64,000 nt of DNA, taken from assembly GCA_035504215.1 (NCBI GenBank), contig DATJSI010000050.1:8340-72339 (forward strand), given 5' to 3'. Numbering within the stretch: position 1 is the first letter of the stretch; each line of letters begins with the position of its first letter. Under the pieces are notes generated by a model, which searched no databases, was not told the DNA's origin, and saw only the letters and a list, made by a program, of their open reading frames with translations. Shown here in pieces: positions 45,086 through 58,194 of the stretch. A program made the translations under genes and the position numbers. Source of the DNA: Mycobacteriales bacterium. GTDB taxonomy: Bacteria; Actinomycetota; Actinomycetes; JAFAQI01.

Positions 45086-46081
45086 TCAGGACGTGCGGGC
45101 GACGACGAAGTCGCAGAGCGACTCCAGCGCCGCCTTCGCCGTCGACGGCGGCAGCGTGTCGAGGGTCGCCCGGGCATCCTCGGCCCAGCGCGCGGTGACG
45201 GCCCGCGCCTCGGCCATCACCGCATGCGCCCGCAGCTGGCTTCGCACGGCATCGAGCGCGCCGTCGTCGGAAAGGTCGCCGTCCAGCGCCGCGACGAGAG
45301 CGGCGTCCTCCTCGCGGCCGGTCGCTCGCAGCATCAGCACCGGCAGGGTCGGCACACCCTCGCGCAGGTCGGTGCCCGGCACCTTGCCCAGCTCGTCCGA
45401 GTCGGCCTCGAGGTCGAGCAGGTCGTCGGAGAGCTGGAAGGCGACGCCGATCCGCTCGCCCCACTGGGTGAGCAGCTCGGTCTCGGCCGGTGAGGCGCCG
45501 GACAGCATCGCGCCGAACCGCGCCGACGTACCGATCAGCGAGCCGGTCTTGTCGACGAGGACCCGCAGGTAGTGCTCGACCGGGTCGGCACCGGGCCCCG
45601 GACCGACGGTCTCGCGGATCTGGCCGTGCACGAGCCGCTCGAAGGTACGGGCCTGCAGCCGCACCGCTTCCGGCCCGAGGTCGGCGAGGATGTCCGATGC
45701 GCGGGCGAACAGGAAGTCGCCGACCAGGATCGCGACCGCGTTGCCCCAGCGCGAGTTCACCGAGTCGGCACCGCGCCGAAGCGTTGCCTCGTCCATGACG
45801 TCGTCGTGGTAGAGCGTCGCGAGATGGGTCAGCTCGACGACGACCGCGGCCGGCACGACGCCGGGCGCTGCCGGGTCACCCAGCTGCGCCGCCAGCAACG
45901 TGACCAATGGGCGGAACCGCTTGCCGCCGGCGGCGACGAGGTGACTGGCTGCCTCGCTCACGAAGTCGTCGGCCGACTTCACCTCGTCGCGCAGCATCGA
46001 CTCGACCGAGGTCAGTCCTTCGGCCAGCACCGCTTCCAGGCCCGGCTCGATGGTGAGGCCGAGGGTGTTCATCGGTGACAT
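45086..46081 (-). CDS. polyprenyl diphosphate synthase (trans-isoprenyl diphosphate synthase family)
   Basis: 331 aa with the first DDxxD (LATLYHDDVMDEATLRRG) and second DD motif (FQLSDDLLDLEAD). Confidence 0.85.
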   Translation of the reverse strand: MSPMNTLGLTIEPGLEAVLAEGLTSVESMLRDEVKSADDFVSEAASHLVAAGGKRFRPLVTLLAAQLGDPAAPGVVPAAVVVELTHLATLYHDDVMDEATLRRGADSVNSRWGNAVAILVGDFLFARASDILADLGPEAVRLQARTFERLVHGQIRETVGPGPGADPVEHYLRVLVDKTGSLIGTSARFGAMLSGASPAETELLTQWGERIGVAFQLSDDLLDLEADSDELGKVPGTDLREGVPTLPVLMLRATGREEDAALVAALDGDLSDDGALDAVRSQLRAHAVMAEARAVTARWAEDARATLDTLPPSTAKAALESLCDFVVARTS

Positions 46082-46117
46082 CCCGATCCCCTCTCCGATC
46101 GGCCGATCGCTAGCGCC

Positions 46118-47653
46118 TCAGTGATAGAACGGCAGTGCCTGGTTGGCGAGGTTCAACAGCGGCTGCGGGAAGACGCCGAGCACCACGGTAGCCGCAACGG
46201 CGAGAACCAGCGCACTCGCGGTTCCGCCGCCGGGAGCGACGACCACCGGCCCGTCCTCGATCGGCTCCGCGAAGAACATCATCACGATCACGCGGACGTA
46301 GAAGAACGCCGCCATCGCGCTCGTGATCACCCCGACGATGACCAGCGGCGTCGCTCCGCCGGAGACGCCGGCCGAGAACACGGCGAACTTTCCGGTGAAG
46401 CCCGAGGTCAGCGGGATGCCGGCGAGCGCGAGCAGGAACAGCGCGAATACGCCCGCCACCAGCGGCGAGCGCCGGCCGAGTCCCGCCCAGCGCGACAGGT
46501 GGGTCGCCTCACCGTCCGGGTCGCGCACGAGGGTGAGGATCCCGAACGAGCCGATGGTGGTCACGCCGTAGGTCACCAGGTAGAACATCGAGCCGGACAG
46601 GCCGGCCTTGTTGAGCGCGATCACCCCGATCAGGATGAAGCCCGCGTGCGCGACTGAGGAGTACGCGAGCATGCGCTTCACGTCGGTCTGGGTCACCGCG
46701 AACACCGAGCCGACGACCATCGTGAGGATCGCGACCCCCCAGGCAACCGGCCGCCACTCCCAGCCCAGGCCGCCGAACGCGACGTAGAACACCCGCAGCA
46801 GCGCGCCGAAGGCGGCCACCTTGGTGGCCGATGCCATGAACGCCGTGATCGGCGTGGGTGCGCCCTGGTAGACATCCGGGATCCAGGACTGGAACGGCGC
46901 CGCTCCAACCTTGAACAGCAGCCCGACCGCCAGCAGCGCGAGCCCGAGGAACAGCAGCGTGTCGCTGTGCGTGCCCGTCACCGTCGCGGCCTGGATACCG
47001 GCGAGCGACACCGTGTTGGCGTAGCCGTAGAGCAAGGCAACGCCGTACAGGAAGAACGCCGAGGAGAACGCGCCGAGCAGGAAGTACTTGACCGCCGCCT
47101 CCTGGCTCAGCAGCCGGCGGCGGCGCGCCAGCCCGCACAGCAGGTAGAGCGGCAGCGACAGGACCTCGAGCGCGACGAAGAGGATCAGCAGGTCGTTCGC
47201 GGCCGGGAACAGCATCATGCCGGTGACCGCGAACATCATCAGCGGGAAGACCTCGGTCTGCGCCCGGCCACTGATGATCCCGGCCCGCTCTTCGGACGAG
47301 CCAGGCGTCGACGACGCCTGTGCAACCAGGGCACCGCCACCCATCCCCGGCGAACGGTCCGAGACCAGCAGAACGCTGGCGATGCCGAGCACCGCGATCG
47401 TCCCCTGGAGGAACAGCGTCGGCCCGTCCACGCTGACCGCGGTCCCAGCCGTGACGATGTGGTCGCCGGCGAGAGCAGCGGCCGCGACCAGCGCGCCGAG
47501 CAGACCGAGCAGCGCGACCGCAACCTGCGTGCGCCAGCGCGCGACCGCCGGCACGAACGCATCGACCAGTACGCCGACCACGGCCGCGCCGGCCGGGATG
47601 ATGATCGGCATCAGCGCGTGGTACGCGATGGACGGGGAGTGGAAGTCGCTCAC
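46118..47653 (-). CDS. nuoN: NADH-quinone oxidoreductase subunit N
   Basis: 511 aa polytopic antiporter-like subunit. GTG start. Last gene of the nuo operon. Confidence 0.9.
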   Translation of the reverse strand: MSDFHSPSIAYHALMPIIIPAGAAVVGVLVDAFVPAVARWRTQVAVALLGLLGALVAAAALAGDHIVTAGTAVSVDGPTLFLQGTIAVLGIASVLLVSDRSPGMGGGALVAQASSTPGSSEERAGIISGRAQTEVFPLMMFAVTGMMLFPAANDLLILFVALEVLSLPLYLLCGLARRRRLLSQEAAVKYFLLGAFSSAFFLYGVALLYGYANTVSLAGIQAATVTGTHSDTLLFLGLALLAVGLLFKVGAAPFQSWIPDVYQGAPTPITAFMASATKVAAFGALLRVFYVAFGGLGWEWRPVAWGVAILTMVVGSVFAVTQTDVKRMLAYSSVAHAGFILIGVIALNKAGLSGSMFYLVTYGVTTIGSFGILTLVRDPDGEATHLSRWAGLGRRSPLVAGVFALFLLALAGIPLTSGFTGKFAVFSAGVSGGATPLVIVGVITSAMAAFFYVRVIVMMFFAEPIEDGPVVVAPGGGTASALVLAVAATVVLGVFPQPLLNLANQALPFYH

Positions 47654-49389
47654 TTGCCACTCCCGGCGCCGAAGTGCGACACGGGCTTGCCCAGTCCGGT
47701 GTTGACGTTGACGATCCCGGAATAGGTGTCACACAGCGTGATCGTCAGGCGCGACTGGTAGGCGGCGGTCCCGATGTTCTTCGGTACCGGGCGAGCAAGG
47801 CTCGTCGAACAGGCCGCGTTCGTCGCGGATCGTTCCGGGACCGAGGGGTACGGGTCGTGCGTCCGGACCACCGAGTTGGTCTGCTGCACCGACGGGTTGA
47901 TGAAGTCGAGGATCGGCTTCGGGTAGACACCGAGCGCGACGATCACGACCATGACCGGCGCGATGACCCAGGCCTCCCGCAGGCTGAGGTCCTTGAAGCC
48001 CTCGACCGCGGCCGTCACCGGGCCGTGGATCGTGCGTTGGATCATCCAGAGCACGTAGACGGCGGCCAGCACGATGCCGAAGATCCCCACGACCGCGAAC
48101 CAGCGGTGCGCCGTGAACGTCCCGACCAGCACGAGGAACTCGCTCACGAAGGTCGACATGCCGGGGAGCGCGAGCGCCGACAGCCCGGCGACCATCACCA
48201 TCGCACCGAGCCACGGCGCGACCTTCGCCACGCCACCGAAGTCGTCGACCAGGCGCGAGCCACGGCGCGAGGCCAGGAACCCGACAACGATGAACAGCGC
48301 GCCGGTGGAGAACCCGTGGTTGACCATGTACAGCGTCGCGCCCGAGCCGCCCTGGGTCGTGAAGGCGAAGACTCCGAGCGCGATGAAGCCGAAGTGCGAC
48401 ACCGAGGAGTAGGCGACCAGCCGCTTCATGTCGCGCTGCCCGATCGCCGCCAGCGCGCCGTACAGGATGCCGGTCACGCACAAGCCGAGGACGTACGGCG
48501 CGAGCAGCTTGGAGGCGTAGGGGAACAGCGGGATGCAGAAGCGCAGGAACCCGAAGGTTCCGACCTTGTCCAGGACGCCGACCAGCATCACGGCGGTCCC
48601 GGTCGGCGCCTCGCTCGCGGCATCCGGCAGCCAGGTATGGAACGGCCAGAGCGGCGCCTTGATCGCGAACGCGATGAAGAACCCGAGGAACAGCGCGACC
48701 TGCTCGCCGTGGGAGATGTGCAGCCTCGAGACGAGCACCTGGTAGTCGAACGTGCCGGTGCCGAGCTGGTGGCTCGAGACGACGTACAGGGCGATCACCG
48801 CGACCAGCATCAGCAGGCCGCCGGCGAGGGAGTAGAGCAGGAACTTCACTGCGGCGTACGACCGGCGCGGGCCACCGAAGGACCCGATCAGGAAGTACAT
48901 CGGGATGAGCATCGCCTCGAACAGGACGTAGAAGAAGAACACGTCCAGCGCACCGAACACCCCGACGACCAGCGTCTCGGTCGCAAGCAGCAGCGCGAAG
49001 AACAGCCGCGGCCCGCGACCGCTCGGTGCCGGGCCGTCCGGTCCGTCGACCGGGTCGGCGTCGTGCCACGACGCGAGCACGCAGACCGGGGTCAGCACCG
49101 TGGTCATGAGGATCAGCGCGAGCGCGATGCCGTCCACGCCGAGCGCGTAATGCGCGCCGAACGCCTTGATCCAGGTGTAGTCCTGCACAAACTGGAAGCG
49201 CGCGCCGTTGGTCTTGTAGGCGAACGCCATGACGATCGACACGACCATCGCGACGAGCGAGGCACCGAGCGCCACGAACTTCGCCTGCTGCTCGCGCGCC
49301 TTGGGCAACGCCAGGATCGCGACCACGCCGGCAAGCGGCACCAGCGCCGTGACCATCACCCAGGGGAACCCGCTGTGCACCGCGATCAC
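47650..49389 (-). CDS. nuoM: NADH-quinone oxidoreductase subunit M (with ~50-aa non-hydrophobic C-terminal tail)
   Basis: 579 aa antiporter-like subunit. Its stop overlaps the nuoN start by 4 nt. Confidence 0.88.
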   Translation of the reverse strand: MIAVHSGFPWVMVTALVPLAGVVAILALPKAREQQAKFVALGASLVAMVVSIVMAFAYKTNGARFQFVQDYTWIKAFGAHYALGVDGIALALILMTTVLTPVCVLASWHDADPVDGPDGPAPSGRGPRLFFALLLATETLVVGVFGALDVFFFYVLFEAMLIPMYFLIGSFGGPRRSYAAVKFLLYSLAGGLLMLVAVIALYVVSSHQLGTGTFDYQVLVSRLHISHGEQVALFLGFFIAFAIKAPLWPFHTWLPDAASEAPTGTAVMLVGVLDKVGTFGFLRFCIPLFPYASKLLAPYVLGLCVTGILYGALAAIGQRDMKRLVAYSSVSHFGFIALGVFAFTTQGGSGATLYMVNHGFSTGALFIVVGFLASRRGSRLVDDFGGVAKVAPWLGAMVMVAGLSALALPGMSTFVSEFLVLVGTFTAHRWFAVVGIFGIVLAAVYVLWMIQRTIHGPVTAAVEGFKDLSLREAWVIAPVMVVIVALGVYPKPILDFINPSVQQTNSVVRTHDPYPSVPERSATNAACSTSLARPVPKNIGTAAYQSRLTITLCDTYSGIVNVNTGLGKPVSHFGAGSGK

Positions 49390-51335
49390 CCCACCCTCAG
49401 CAGCACGAGGGTCGCGGCCACCGCGAATGCACCGGCGAGCATCGACAACGCGTACGAACGGACGAAGCCGGTCTGCGCCCGGCGCACCCGCGCGCTCGTG
49501 CCGCCGATGCCCGCGGCGAAGCCGTTGACGACGCCGTCGACGCCCCGGTTGTCGAAGAAGACGAGCGCGCGAGTCAGGTACTGGCCCGGTCGCATGAAGA
49601 CGGCCTCGTTCAGCGCATCACCGAATAGCGACTTGCGCGCCGCCACCGTGATCGGCGTCACGTGCGTCGGCGGCTCGGCCGGCACCGGTCGCATGCCCAC
49701 CCGCCAGTAGGCGATGCCGACGCCGACGAGCACGACCGCGAGCGCGAGCAGGCTGAGCGCGGTTGCTGAAAGCGGCCGGTGCGCGGGTACGGCGATCGCT
49801 CCGACACTCGGCGTCAGGAAGTGCTGCAGGTCACCGTGCAGGATCAGCAGGTAGCCGGAGACCAGCGCGCCGAAGGCGAGGATCGCCATCGGGATGACCA
49901 TGACGTTCGGCGACTCGTGCGGGTGCACGTCCCTCGGCCAGCGCTTGTTGCCGAAGAACGTCATGAGCATGAGCCGGGTCATGTAGAACGCGGTCAGGCC
50001 GGCACCGGCCAGTGCGACGGCGCCGAAGATGTCGCCTCGAGCTCCACCCTGGTCGAGGGCGGACTCGATGATCTTGTCCTTGGAGAAGAACCCTGAGAAC
50101 GGGATGATGCCGATGATCGCGAGGTAGCCGAACGCGAAACACGCGAACGTCCACGGCATCACCTTGCGCAGACCGCCGAAGCGGCGCATGTTGACCTCGT
50201 CGTCGTTGCCGTGCATCACCGACCCGGCGGATAGGAACATGTCCGCCTTGAAGAAGCCATGTGTCAGCAGATGCAGGATGCCAAAGGCATAGGCCGCCGG
50301 GCCGATCCCGACCGCGAGCATCATGTAGCCGATCTGGCTCATCGTGGAGGCCGCGAGCACCTTCTTGATGTCGTCGTGCGCGCACCCGATGACTGCTCCG
50401 AAGATGAGCGTCACCGCTCCCACGATCTCGACCACCAACCGGGCATCCGGCGCCACGTCGTAGATCGCATTGGACCGCGCCACGAGGTAGACGCCAGCGG
50501 TCACCATCGTCGCGGCATGGATCAACGCAGAGACCGGAGTCGGACCCTCCATCGCGTCGAGCAACCAGGACTGCAGCGGGACCTGCGCACTCTTGCCGCA
50601 CGCGCCGAGCAACAGCAGCAGGCCGATTGCCGTCATGGTGCCGCTGTGTGCGTGACCGCTGCGCGCGCCGTTGAACACCCCGTCGAACGCCACTGTCCCG
50701 AAGGTGGTGAACATCAGCATGATCCCGAGCGAGAGCCCGAGGTCTCCGACCCGGTTGACCAGGAACGCCTTCTTCGCCGCGACGGCAGCGCTCGGCTTCT
50801 GCGACCAGAAACCGATCAGGAGGTACGACGCGAGACCAACGCCTTCCCATCCGACGTACAGGACCAGGTAGTTGTCCGCGAGCACCAGCAAGAGCATCGC
50901 CGCGACGAACAGGTTGAGCTCGCCGAAGAAGCGCCGGCGGTCCGGGTCCTCGGCCATGTAGCCGATCGAGTAGACGTGGATCAGGGAGCCGACGCCGGTG
51001 ATCAGCAGGACGAACGTGATCGAGAGCGGGTCCAGAAGCACGTTGGCGTTGACGTGGAAGCCGGCGACCGGCACCCAGCTGAACAGATGCTGGTCGAGCT
51101 GGCGGTTCTCGCCGTGGTCACGACCGATCAACGCGAAGAACTCGATGACCGCGATGACGAACGCGGCGATCGGCGTCGCGCAGCCGAGCAGGTGGCCCCA
51201 GGAGTTCGTCCGGCGCCCGCCGAGCAGCAGAACGGCGGCGCTCAGTGCCGGCAGGAGCACGAGCAGGAAGGTCAGGTCGAAGGCCCCCGTGGCACTGGCG
51301 TAGTGCACGGTCGTCGGGGCGGACGCGAGAGTCAT
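49386..51335 (-). CDS. nuoL: NADH-quinone oxidoreductase subunit L
   Basis: 649 aa, the longest antiporter-like subunit with a C-terminal extension. Confidence 0.92.
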   Translation of the reverse strand: MTLASAPTTVHYASATGAFDLTFLLVLLPALSAAVLLLGGRRTNSWGHLLGCATPIAAFVIAVIEFFALIGRDHGENRQLDQHLFSWVPVAGFHVNANVLLDPLSITFVLLITGVGSLIHVYSIGYMAEDPDRRRFFGELNLFVAAMLLLVLADNYLVLYVGWEGVGLASYLLIGFWSQKPSAAVAAKKAFLVNRVGDLGLSLGIMLMFTTFGTVAFDGVFNGARSGHAHSGTMTAIGLLLLLGACGKSAQVPLQSWLLDAMEGPTPVSALIHAATMVTAGVYLVARSNAIYDVAPDARLVVEIVGAVTLIFGAVIGCAHDDIKKVLAASTMSQIGYMMLAVGIGPAAYAFGILHLLTHGFFKADMFLSAGSVMHGNDDEVNMRRFGGLRKVMPWTFACFAFGYLAIIGIIPFSGFFSKDKIIESALDQGGARGDIFGAVALAGAGLTAFYMTRLMLMTFFGNKRWPRDVHPHESPNVMVIPMAILAFGALVSGYLLILHGDLQHFLTPSVGAIAVPAHRPLSATALSLLALAVVLVGVGIAYWRVGMRPVPAEPPTHVTPITVAARKSLFGDALNEAVFMRPGQYLTRALVFFDNRGVDGVVNGFAAGIGGTSARVRRAQTGFVRSYALSMLAGAFAVAATLVLLRVG

Positions 51336-51342
51336 CGGCGGC

Positions 51343-51642
51343 TCAGTACTTCAACAGGTTCGCGTCGTCGACGGAGGCGGACCGCCGAGATCGGAAGATG
51401 GACATGATGATCGCGAGCCCGATGACGACCTCTGCGGCGGCGACCACCATCACGAAGAACGCGATGATCTGCCCGTCCAGACTGCCGTTGAGCCGGGCAA
51501 ACGTCACCAACGTGAGGTTGACCGCGTTGAGCATCAGCTCGACGCACATGAACACGACGATCGCGTTGCGGCGCACGAGTACGCCGATCGCGCCGATGGT
51601 GAACAGCACCGCCGACAGATACAGGTAGTAGTCCGCGCTCAT
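51343..51642 (-). CDS. nuoK: NADH-quinone oxidoreductase subunit K
   Basis: 99 aa [48 protein letters not shown].... ATG at 51640-51642 verified. The ORF-track 245-aa upstream extension is rejected. Confidence 0.9.
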   Translation of the reverse strand: MSADYYLYLSAVLFTIGAIGVLVRRNAIVVFMCVELMLNAVNLTLVTFARLNGSLDGQIIAFFVMVVAAAEVVIGLAIIMSIFRSRRSASVDDANLLKY

Positions 51643-51646
51643 CCGC

Positions 51647-52426
51647 TCACCGCTCCAGCTCTCGCTCGGTGGCGTCGACGTGGTGCCGAGCGGAGGACAC
51701 CTGCAGGTAGTCGGGCACGCTCGGCGCAGCGATCGAGCCGTCCGGCAGCAGGGCGGGCGTGTCGACCGCGTCGTGGTCGGCATAGACGCCGGGGCCCGGC
51801 AGCGGGCCCATGCCCGCTCCGCCCTTGTCGCGACGGGCCTCCATGCGTTCCCGCTGGCTGCGCTGCTTGGTTTCGCTCGGCTCTCGGTGCGCGAGCACCA
51901 TCGCGCCGAGGCCGGCCGTGATGAGGAGCGCGCTCGTGGCCTCGAAGGCGAACACGTACCGGCTGAACAGCAGGTTGGCGATCGCGGCGACGTTGCCCTG
52001 GCCGTGCTCCGCCGCCGTGACGCCCTTCGGCGAGAACCCCGCAAGGGCGGTGGCCAAGGTGGCGACCAGCAGCACGGCAAACCCGAGCCCGATGACGAAC
52101 GCGGCCAGCCGTTGACCGCGCAACGTCTCGACCAGGGAGTCCATCGAGTCGACGCCGATCAGCATGAGCACGAACAGGAAGAGCATCAGGACCGCGCCGG
52201 TGTAGACGACGACCTGGACGACCGCGAGGAACGGTGCGTTCTCGGTCGTGTAAAACGCCGCGAGGCAGAGCATCACGATCGCGAGCAGCAGGGCGGCATG
52301 GATCGCACTGCGGGCCAGCACCATGCCGACCGCTGCGGCCACCGCGATCGGGCCGAGGATCCAGAACACGAAAGCCTCGTGCAGCGGGGGCGAGCCGGAC
52401 GCTGCCGCGAGCAGCGTCCCCGTCAC
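51647..52426 (-). CDS. nuoJ: NADH-quinone oxidoreductase subunit J
   Basis: 259 aa; hydrophobic N-terminal domain with a hydrophilic C-terminal tail. Confidence 0.88.
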   Translation of the reverse strand: MTGTLLAAASGSPPLHEAFVFWILGPIAVAAAVGMVLARSAIHAALLLAIVMLCLAAFYTTENAPFLAVVQVVVYTGAVLMLFLFVLMLIGVDSMDSLVETLRGQRLAAFVIGLGFAVLLVATLATALAGFSPKGVTAAEHGQGNVAAIANLLFSRYVFAFEATSALLITAGLGAMVLAHREPSETKQRSQRERMEARRDKGGAGMGPLPGPGVYADHDAVDTPALLPDGSIAAPSVPDYLQVSSARHHVDATERELER

Positions 52427-53106
52427 GACCGGCCCTCCTTCGCGGTGGGCGTCGCCGGCCGATCGTAGTAGTCCTTCTCGTCGTCGCCGAGGCGCATCGG
52501 GTGCGGCGGCGCTTCCATGCCGGGCTGGAGCGGAGCGAGCAGCTGGTCCTTGGTGAAGATCAGGTCGACCCGGCTGTCATCAGCCAGCTCGTACTCGTTC
52601 GACATCGTGAGCGCCCGGGTCGGGCAGGCCTCGATGCACAACCCGCAGAAGATGCACCGCAGGTAGTTGATCTGGTACACCGCGCCGTACCGCTCGCCGG
52701 GTGAGTAGCGCGCCTGTTCGGTGTTGTCCGCACCCTCGACGTAGATCGCGTCCGCGGGGCACGCCCACGCGCACAGCTCACAGCCGACGCACTTCTCCAA
52801 GCCGTCCGGGTGTCGGTTCAGCAGGTGCCGGCCGTGGTAGCGCGGCTCGGTCGGGAGCTTCTCCTCCGGGTACTGCTCGGTGACCGGCTTGGTGAGCATC
52901 GTTCGGAAGGTCACCCCGAAGCCGGCGACCGGCGCGAAGATCTCCTTCAGCAACGACTGCTTGCGCTCGGGCGCGGCCGTGCTGCTCGGCGTCTCCGGCG
53001 TCGTTGCGGGGCCCTGCTGAAGTGCTCCGGGCGCGGTTTCGGTGTCGGGCTCGACCCGCTCCACGCTGGAGTCCGGGCGGGTCGGGGGGACGTCTTCGTC
53101 AGCCAT
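52423..53106 (-). CDS. nuoI: NADH-quinone oxidoreductase subunit I
   Basis: Start at MADEDVPPT (53104-53106). Two CxxCxxCxxxCP ferredoxin motifs ([24 protein letters not shown]). The ORF-track upstream extension is rejected. Confidence 0.88.
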   Translation of the reverse strand: MADEDVPPTRPDSSVERVEPDTETAPGALQQGPATTPETPSSTAAPERKQSLLKEIFAPVAGFGVTFRTMLTKPVTEQYPEEKLPTEPRYHGRHLLNRHPDGLEKCVGCELCAWACPADAIYVEGADNTEQARYSPGERYGAVYQINYLRCIFCGLCIEACPTRALTMSNEYELADDSRVDLIFTKDQLLAPLQPGMEAPPHPMRLGDDEKDYYDRPATPTAKEGRS

Positions 53107-54424
53107 CGAGCACCTCGGTGGAGTCCGCCCCTCGCTCGAGCTCCGGCACCGGGCCCGCAGCCGACAGCACGGGCACCGGGTAGCCGGTCGTATCCCCGGC
53201 TTCCCGCTCGGCGGCGGCCTCGAGCTCGGCCAGCTCGGCGTCGGCCGCGGCCTGGCTCGCGCGCGACTCGGCGACAAAGGTCCAGATCAACACGACCGCC
53301 GCAACCGGGATACCGACCCAGGCCAGCGTCTGCACGCGGGTCTTCCCCTCGTTGGTGAGCTCACGGAAGGCGGCCACGATCAACAGCCACACCAGGCTGA
53401 ACGGGATCAGCACCTTCCAGCCCAGCCGCATGAACTGGTCGTAGCGCAGTCGCGGCAGCGTGCCGCGCAGCCAGATGAAGGTGAACAGCAGCACGAAGAT
53501 CTTGCCGAGGAACCACAACACCGGCCACCAGCCGTGGTTGAGCTCGTCGTTGCCGATCAGCGACAGCGGCCACGGCGCCCGCCAGCCACCGAGGAACAGC
53601 GTGGTCGCGAGCGCACTCACGGTCGTGACGTTGATGTACTCGGCGAGGAAGAACATCGCGAACTTCAGCGACGCGTACTCGGTGTGGAAGCCGGCGACCA
53701 GCTCGCTCTCGGCCTCCGGCAGGTCGAAGGGCGCCCGGTTGGTCTCGCCGACCATCGCGATGAGGTACATCAACAGCGACGGGATCAGGGGCAGCGCGTA
53801 CCAGAGCTTTGCCTGTGCCGACACGATCTGGCTGGTCGACAGCGAACCGGCGTACAGGAAGACACCGGCCAGGGCGAGGCCCATCGCGACCTCGTAGGAG
53901 ATGACCTGCGCGGCCGAGCGCAGCGCGCCGAGCAACGGGTACGGCGACTGGCTCGACCAGCCGGCCAGCACGATCCCGTAGACCCCGATCGAGGCCATCG
54001 CGAGGATGAAGAGCACGGCGACCGGTAGGTCGGTGATCTGCAGCGGCGTGCGGTGCCCGCCGATGGACACGACCGGCCCCACCGGGATGACCGCGAAGGA
54101 CAGGAACGCGGGAGCACTCGCGACGACCGGAGCCAGGATGTACAGCGGCTTGTCGACCATCGCCGGGATGAGGTCTTCCTTCAACGCCAGCTTGATGCCG
54201 TCGGCGAGCCCCTGCACCACGCCGAACGGGCCGACCCGGTTGGGGCCGAGCCGCGCCTGCATGAAGCCGATCACCCGGCGCTCGGCCCAGATCATCAGCA
54301 GGGTCGTGACTACGAGGAAGACGAACACGACGAGGCACTTGACGAGGGTCAGCCACCACGGGTCGTTGCCGAACGCGTTCAGGTGCGTGCCACCGGCGGC
54401 CGCGGCCGAGACGAGATGCATCAC
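53099..54424 (-). CDS. nuoH: NADH-quinone oxidoreductase subunit H (with acidic C-terminal extension)
   Basis: 441 aa; the conserved NuoH N-terminus ...[26 protein letters not shown]... Confidence 0.9.
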   Translation of the reverse strand: MMHLVSAAAAGGTHLNAFGNDPWWLTLVKCLVVFVFLVVTTLLMIWAERRVIGFMQARLGPNRVGPFGVVQGLADGIKLALKEDLIPAMVDKPLYILAPVVASAPAFLSFAVIPVGPVVSIGGHRTPLQITDLPVAVLFILAMASIGVYGIVLAGWSSQSPYPLLGALRSAAQVISYEVAMGLALAGVFLYAGSLSTSQIVSAQAKLWYALPLIPSLLMYLIAMVGETNRAPFDLPEAESELVAGFHTEYASLKFAMFFLAEYINVTTVSALATTLFLGGWRAPWPLSLIGNDELNHGWWPVLWFLGKIFVLLFTFIWLRGTLPRLRYDQFMRLGWKVLIPFSLVWLLIVAAFRELTNEGKTRVQTLAWVGIPVAAVVLIWTFVAESRASQAAADAELAELEAAAEREAGDTTGYPVPVLSAAGPVPELERGADSTEVLDG

Positions 54425-56841
54425 GACCCTCCCGCCGCTGCCAGCCGGACCACGGCGCCCGATCCTGCCCCGAGGGTCGCGTACAGATGCGAGCCAACGG
54501 AGTACGTCGGGAGCCAGACCACCTGGTCCGGCATCTCGGTGATCGCGACCGGAAGCGTAACCGTGCCGCGATCGGTGCTCACGCTGACCTCGGCGCCGTT
54601 GTCGATCCCGAGCGCGTTCGCGCTCGTCCGGGACAGTCGGGCCACCGCGGGCTTGCGAGTGCCCGCGAGGTAGGGCTCGTGCTCCTGGAGGCGACCGTCG
54701 TCGAGCAGGTGGTGCCAGGTCGCCAGCAGCGCCTCACCCGAGCCGGGGGTGGTGGCGGCCGGTGCCGGGTAGACCGGCGCCGGCGGGCGCGGACCGGCCC
54801 AGGAGCCGAGCATCGCGATCTGCGCGCGGATGCTTCGCGCCGTGGCGGTGTCGAGCTCGACGCCCAGCTCGGTCGCGAGCCGGTCGAGCACCCGGCCGTC
54901 GCTCAACGCACCCGTCGACTCGAGGGTCGCGTCGAACGGCCGAGCCCGGCCCTCCCAGTCGAGGAAGCTGCCGGCCTTCTCGACCACCGGCGCCACCGGG
55001 AACACCACGTCGGCGCGGTCGGTCACCGCGGAGTCCCGGATCTCGAGCGAGACGACGAACGGCGCCGCCTCGAGCGCCCGGAGCGCCAGGTCGGGGTCAG
55101 CGAGATCGGCCGGGTCGACCCCAGCCACGACCAGCGCGAGCTGCCCGGCCGCTGCCGCCTTTACGATCGCGTCTCCGTCACGGCCCGGCTCGGACGGCAG
55201 GGCACCCCAGAGCTTCTCCACCTGCTCCCGCGCCGCGGAGTAGGCGAGCGCGCGCCCGCCGGGCAGCAGGTTGGGCAGGCACCCGGCGTCGACCGCTCCC
55301 CGGTCGCCGGCCCGCCGCGGCACCCAGACCAGCCGCGCGCCGACCGCATCCGCCAGGCCCACGGCGGCGCTCAGCGCGCCCGGTGACATGGCCAGCCGCT
55401 CGCCGATCATGATGACCGCGCCGGGCTGCCGCAGCGCCTCGCCCGCCTCGCGCAGGCCGGCGTGGGAGAAGTCGTCCTTCCCGAGGGCGGAGAGCACGTC
55501 GGCCTCGCCACCCGGGCCGGCGGCGAGCAAGCGCCCGTGCAGCTTGGTCAGACCCGCGGTGGCGAACGGAGCGATCCCGAACACGTCGAGGCCGTCCTTC
55601 TGCGCCGCCTTGCGCAGGCGCAGGAAGACGATCGGCGACTCCTCTTCGGGCTCGAGCCCGGCCAACAACACGGCCGGTGCCGCGTCGAGATCGGCGTACG
55701 TCGTCTCGAGGTAACGCCCAGCTACCTGCGCGGCCAGGAACTCCCGCTCCTCGGCCGAGTGCGGTCGCGCCCGAAAGTCGATGTCGTTCGACCCGAGTGC
55801 CACCCGCGCGAACTTCGAGTATGCGAACGCATCCTCGACGGTCAGCCGGCCGCCGGTCAGCACGCCGGTCCGGCCGCGCCACTGCGAGAGCCCGGCGGCG
55901 GCGCGGGCGAGCGCCTCGCTCCACGACGCCTCGACCAGGTAGCCGTCAGCGTCGCGAACCAGCGGGGTCAGGATGCGGTCCCGAGCGGTCGAGTAGCCGA
56001 ACCCCCACCGGCCCTTGTCGCAGTTCCACTCCTCGTTGACGTCCTGGTCGTCGCCGGCCAACCGGCGCAGCACCTTCCCGCGCCGCCAGTCGGTTCGCTG
56101 CTGGCAGCCGGACGCGCAGTGCTCGCACACCGACGGCGTCGAGACCAGGTCGAAGGGCCGGGCCCGGAAGCGGTACTGCGATCCGGTCAGCGCTCCCACC
56201 GGGCAGATCTGCACGGTGTTGCCGGAGAAGTACGACGTGAACGGCTCTTCTTCGAAGATCGCTACCTGTTCGAGCGCACCGCGCTCGAACAGGTCGATGA
56301 ACGGGTCGCCCGCGATCTGCTGCGAGAAGCGCGTGCACCGCGCGCACAGCACGCACCGCTCACGGTCCAGCAGGACCTGGGACGAGATCGCGATCGGCTT
56401 CTCGTAGGTGCGCTTCACGTCCTTGAACCGGCTCTCGGCCGGGCCGTGGGTCAGCGTCTGGTTCTGCAGCGGGCACTCGCCGCCCTTGTCGCACACCGGG
56501 CAGTCGAGCGGATGGTTCAGCAGCAGGAACTCGAGGTTGCTCTCCTGCGCCTTCAATGCGATCGGCGAGGTGAGCTGGGTCTTGACCACCATGCCCTCGC
56601 TGACCGCGACGGTGCACGAGGCGACCGGCTTGCGCTGTCCCTCGACCTCGACCAGGCACTGCCGGCACGCGCCGATCGGGTCGAGCAGCGGATGGTCGCA
56701 GAACCGCGGCACGTCGATGCCCGCCAGTTCGGCCGCGCGGATGATCAGCGTGTCCTTGGGAACCCGGATCGCGATGCCGTCGATCGTCGCGCTCACGAGC
56801 TCGACCGGGGTCACGGCGGGGTCGACCGCTTCGGCCGTCAC
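54421..56841 (-). CDS. nuoG: NADH-quinone oxidoreductase subunit G
   Basis: 806 aa. N-terminal 2Fe-2S and 4Fe-4S cysteine motifs (CRQCLVEV; [17 protein letters not shown]). Confidence 0.92.
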   Translation of the reverse strand: MTAEAVDPAVTPVELVSATIDGIAIRVPKDTLIIRAAELAGIDVPRFCDHPLLDPIGACRQCLVEVEGQRKPVASCTVAVSEGMVVKTQLTSPIALKAQESNLEFLLLNHPLDCPVCDKGGECPLQNQTLTHGPAESRFKDVKRTYEKPIAISSQVLLDRERCVLCARCTRFSQQIAGDPFIDLFERGALEQVAIFEEEPFTSYFSGNTVQICPVGALTGSQYRFRARPFDLVSTPSVCEHCASGCQQRTDWRRGKVLRRLAGDDQDVNEEWNCDKGRWGFGYSTARDRILTPLVRDADGYLVEASWSEALARAAAGLSQWRGRTGVLTGGRLTVEDAFAYSKFARVALGSNDIDFRARPHSAEEREFLAAQVAGRYLETTYADLDAAPAVLLAGLEPEEESPIVFLRLRKAAQKDGLDVFGIAPFATAGLTKLHGRLLAAGPGGEADVLSALGKDDFSHAGLREAGEALRQPGAVIMIGERLAMSPGALSAAVGLADAVGARLVWVPRRAGDRGAVDAGCLPNLLPGGRALAYSAAREQVEKLWGALPSEPGRDGDAIVKAAAAGQLALVVAGVDPADLADPDLALRALEAAPFVVSLEIRDSAVTDRADVVFPVAPVVEKAGSFLDWEGRARPFDATLESTGALSDGRVLDRLATELGVELDTATARSIRAQIAMLGSWAGPRPPAPVYPAPAATTPGSGEALLATWHHLLDDGRLQEHEPYLAGTRKPAVARLSRTSANALGIDNGAEVSVSTDRGTVTLPVAITEMPDQVVWLPTYSVGSHLYATLGAGSGAVVRLAAAGGS

Positions 56842-58139
56842 TTCTTCGCTCCTGCCGAGCTGAACAGCGTCGAGGCATCCGGGTCGAACGGGCAGCCGTT
56901 GTTCTCCCAGTGAGCGACGTACTCGTCGCGGAAGTACTGCACCGAAGAGATGATCGGGCTCACCGCGCCGTCCCCCAGCGCGCAGAAGGCCCGTCCGAAG
57001 ATGTTGTCGCAGGTGTCGAGCAACGTGTCGATGTCGCTCTCGTCCGCATCGCCCGCCTCGAGCCGTTCGAGGATCTGGACCATCCAGTACGTGCCTTCAC
57101 GGCACGGCGTGCACTTGCCGCACGACTCGTGCGCGTAGAACTCCGTCCACCTCAGGACCGCTCTAACCACGCACGTCGTGTCGTCGAAGATCTGCAACGC
57201 CTTGGTGCCGAGCATGGAACCGACGTCGGTCATGCCCTCGTAGTCCAGCGGCGCGTCGAGATGCTCCGCCGTGAGCAGCGGCGTGGAGGAGCCACCGGGC
57301 GTCCAGAACTTCAGCTCATGCCCCTCGCGGACGCCGCCGGCGAGGTCGAGCAACTCCCGCAGGGTGACACCGAGCGGCGCTTCGTACTGGCCGGGACGGG
57401 TCACGTGTCCGGACAGCGAGTACAGCGTGAAGCCCGGCGACTTCTCGCGCCCGAAACCGCGGAACCACTCGACGCCGCGCGCGATGATCGGCGGGACGCT
57501 TGCGATCGACTCGACATTGTTGACGACGGTCGGGCTCGCGTACAGGCCGGCGATCGCAGGGAACGGCGGGCGCAGGCGCGGCTGGCCGCGGTAGCCCTCG
57601 AGCGAGTCGAGCAGCGCGGTCTCCTCGCCGCAGATGTAGGCGCCCGCGCCCGCGTGCACGACGACGTCGAGGTCGAAGCCGGTGTCGAACAGGTTCTTCC
57701 CGAGCAGGCCGGCGGTGTAGGCCTCGGCGACCGCAGCCTGCACCCGTCGTACAACGTGCAGGACCTCGCCCCGGATGTAGATGAAGGCGAGGTTCGACCG
57801 GATCGCGAAACAGGTGATGACGATGCCCTCGACCAGCGAATGCGGGTTCGCGAGCATGAGCGGGATGTCCTTGCAGGTCCCGGGCTCGGACTCGTCGGCG
57901 TTGACGACGAGATAGTGCGGCTTGCCGTCGTCCTGCGGGATGAACCCCCACTTGCCGCCGGTCGGGAAGCCCGCGCCGCCTCGACCTCGTAGCCCCGAGT
58001 CCTTCACCGCGGTGATGACGTCGTCGGGTGAGATCTCGGTCAGCGCCTTGCGCGCCGCCGGGTAGTCCCCGCCGTAGCCCTCGAGCGTCCACGGCTTCTC
58101 ATCGCCCCAGTTGGCGGTGAGCACAGGCGTCAGGTTCAT
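56838..58139 (-). CDS. nuoF: NADH-quinone oxidoreductase subunit F
   Basis: 433 aa; FMN/NADH-binding [13 protein letters not shown] and a C-terminal 4Fe-4S cysteine cluster. Confidence 0.93.
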   Translation of the reverse strand: MNLTPVLTANWGDEKPWTLEGYGGDYPAARKALTEISPDDVITAVKDSGLRGRGGAGFPTGGKWGFIPQDDGKPHYLVVNADESEPGTCKDIPLMLANPHSLVEGIVITCFAIRSNLAFIYIRGEVLHVVRRVQAAVAEAYTAGLLGKNLFDTGFDLDVVVHAGAGAYICGEETALLDSLEGYRGQPRLRPPFPAIAGLYASPTVVNNVESIASVPPIIARGVEWFRGFGREKSPGFTLYSLSGHVTRPGQYEAPLGVTLRELLDLAGGVREGHELKFWTPGGSSTPLLTAEHLDAPLDYEGMTDVGSMLGTKALQIFDDTTCVVRAVLRWTEFYAHESCGKCTPCREGTYWMVQILERLEAGDADESDIDTLLDTCDNIFGRAFCALGDGAVSPIISSVQYFRDEYVAHWENNGCPFDPDASTLFSSAGAKK

Positions 58140-58194
58140 CGCGGCGACCCCGCGCGGTCGTGGCGCTCAGGAGCAGCGGACCGGTACGGCGAGC

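Noticed and set aside
51643-52080. Upstream part of the 245-aa ORF containing nuoK
   Set aside because: NuoK is a 99-aa protein starting MSADYYLY at 51642. The extension overlaps nuoJ in another frame.
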